From assembly GCA_963802185.1 (NCBI GenBank), contig CAWDHU010000015.1, positions 657,781-721,780 of the forward strand: DNA of 64,000 nucleotides, read 5' to 3'. The position numbers and the translations under genes are program-made. Shown here piece by piece: positions 62,916-64,000 of this stretch. The number at the start of each line of letters is the position of its first letter. Within the stretch, counting starts at the first letter, position 1. The notes under the pieces are model-generated. The model ran no database searches. It was not told the DNA's origin and saw nothing but the letters and a program-made list of their open reading frames with translations. The stretch is from an uncultured Bacteroidales bacterium (lineage in GTDB: Bacteria; Bacteroidota; Bacteroidia; Bacteroidales; UBA4417).

Positions 62916-63593
62916 ATGAACAAAAAAAACGATTTTTATTATTCGGTCCTATTCATTACTGTACTGCTCTTTTTAGCATATGGCAGCGCTTTTTCGCAGG
63001 AAAAATACAAAGGCCAGGCATGGAAAGAGAGCATTCAGCAGATTCCAGGCAAAATTCAATGCGAGTTATATGATCAGGGAGGGGAAGGAGTTGCTTATCA
63101 TGATACTGATTCAACTAACAACGGCAGTGGCAGACTCAATCCGGCTGACGGAACATTCCTGAATGAATTCAGAATGAATGAAGGAGTTGATATTTCTTAT
63201 ACCAAAACCGGTGAGGTGGATAATAATCCTTACAATGTGGTTGAGCCAATTATGGGCCAGTTATATACAGGCTGGACGGAACCCGGCGAGTGGATTAATT
63301 ATACGGTAAACGTAAATAAGACAGGCACCTATGAAATTGGCATCATGTATACTGCCAGTGGCGATGGAAGTATTTCATTAGATCTGGATGGGAAAGAACT
63401 GACTAAGGAACTAAAGATTCCTTCCACACGCAATGATAATGAGCCGCTCGCCTGGAGACAATGGCACCATTGGAACCGTATAGATTCATTGGCAACTGTG
63501 AAGCTTAAAAAAGGGATTCATATACTGACATTGAAAACCGTTTCGCACGGAAATATGAATTACGATTACCTTGATTTCAAAATAATAAAATAA
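62916..63593 (+). CDS. Secreted CBM6-like carbohydrate-binding protein with no catalytic domain
   Basis: Signal peptide from ATG 62916 (LLFLAYGSAFSQ). The motifs YDQGGEGVAYHDTD, GWTEPGEWINYTVNV..GTY and NYDYLDF are typical of CBM6. Confidence 0.7.
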   Translation: MNKKNDFYYSVLFITVLLFLAYGSAFSQEKYKGQAWKESIQQIPGKIQCELYDQGGEGVAYHDTDSTNNGSGRLNPADGTFLNEFRMNEGVDISYTKTGEVDNNPYNVVEPIMGQLYTGWTEPGEWINYTVNVNKTGTYEIGIMYTASGDGSISLDLDGKELTKELKIPSTRNDNEPLAWRQWHHWNRIDSLATVKLKKGIHILTLKTVSHGNMNYDYLDFKIIK

Positions 63594-63600
63594 ATTTAGA

Positions 63601-64000
63601 ATGGAATATTCCCATTTCCTGCAAAGCGTGGAACGTATTATCTCTGAAATTGTGGAGTTAATCCCCGATTACACTTCCGATCCGGAAGACTATGGTATTT
63701 CAAATGGGAATGTAGCCATTTGTATAATCAATGAAGATGGTTTGGTTAGTGGAAGACTATTTGGCAATAATAAAATCCGCTCCCGCGAGTCATATAAAGT
63801 AGCATGGACAAAAGCCAGCCAGGTCTGGATCACAGGTTTTAAAACCGGTGAATACGAAACGTTGGTTTACAGCAATCAAATTAATGAAAATGATTATGGC
63901 ATCAGTCGTCCGGATATGATTGGCTGGGAAGGTGGTCAGCCGGTTACTCTTAAGGATGGAACCAGGTTAAGTATTGGCTTTAGCGGATTTCGAGGTAAAA
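63601..64000 (+). CDS. GlcG/DUF336-like protein, 3'-truncated by the window edge
   Basis: An open frame runs from ATG 63601 to the window end and was not listed in the ORF track because it has no stop. The segments AICIINEDGLV and SIGFSGFRG resemble the DUF336 fold. Confidence 0.4.
   Translation, partial: MEYSHFLQSVERIISEIVELIPDYTSDPEDYGISNGNVAICIINEDGLVSGRLFGNNKIRSRESYKVAWTKASQVWITGFKTGEYETLVYSNQINENDYGISRPDMIGWEGGQPVTLKDGTRLSIGFSGFRGK

Noticed and set aside
1-64000. CRISPR arrays, rRNA/tRNA genes, transposases, integrases, reverse transcriptases and classic defence-system genes
   Set aside because: I looked for regularly spaced direct repeats, cloverleaf-like tRNA ends and signature motifs such as DDE, YxxR or YADD in all listed ORFs and gaps. 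None was found. The only RNA gene supported is ssrA.

Overview
This is a Bacteroidota-type chromosomal segment. The evidence is a SusC/SusD pair, a TAnnTTTG -7 box, a one-piece tmRNA, many lipoprotein and OMP signal peptides, and MacB/FtsX permease paralogs. From left to right the window holds several blocks. (1) Housekeeping and accessory genes: TPR proteins, a CBM9/DUF5916-like protein, a patatin, prolyl oligopeptidase, a GntP permease and tmRNA. (2) A sigma-54 two-component system (RR intact, HK broken), divergent from a HlyD-ABC-FtsX-FtsX exporter operon. It is followed by two copies of a ~420 bp cassette (terminator, palindromic UAS, -24/-12 promoter, 5'UTR, first 26 codons) grafted onto a CPBP protease and onto a TonB-dependent receptor cluster. 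(3) An AT-richer block of redox and hydrolase genes with tandem quinone-oxidoreductase paralogs. (4) Envelope and lipid-related genes: hemolysin III, START and HExxH proteins. (5) A second sigma-54 two-component system with its own perfect palindrome UAS. That UAS region, the neighbouring OMP gene and the RR 5' end are duplicated 5.5 kb away as a decayed relic. (6) An AraC-SusC-SusD-GPH-GH94 (cellobiose phosphorylase)-CBM6 utilisation locus. At least 15 reading-frame disruptions are visible, and about 12 of them fall within 13.0-24.9 kb. I cannot tell true pseudogenisation from assembly indels using sequence alone. No CRISPR array, integrase, transposase, rRNA or tRNA was seen. The most interesting signals are the two inferred sigma-54 regulons, each with conserved UAS-to-promoter spacing, and the portable promoter-plus-leader cassette.
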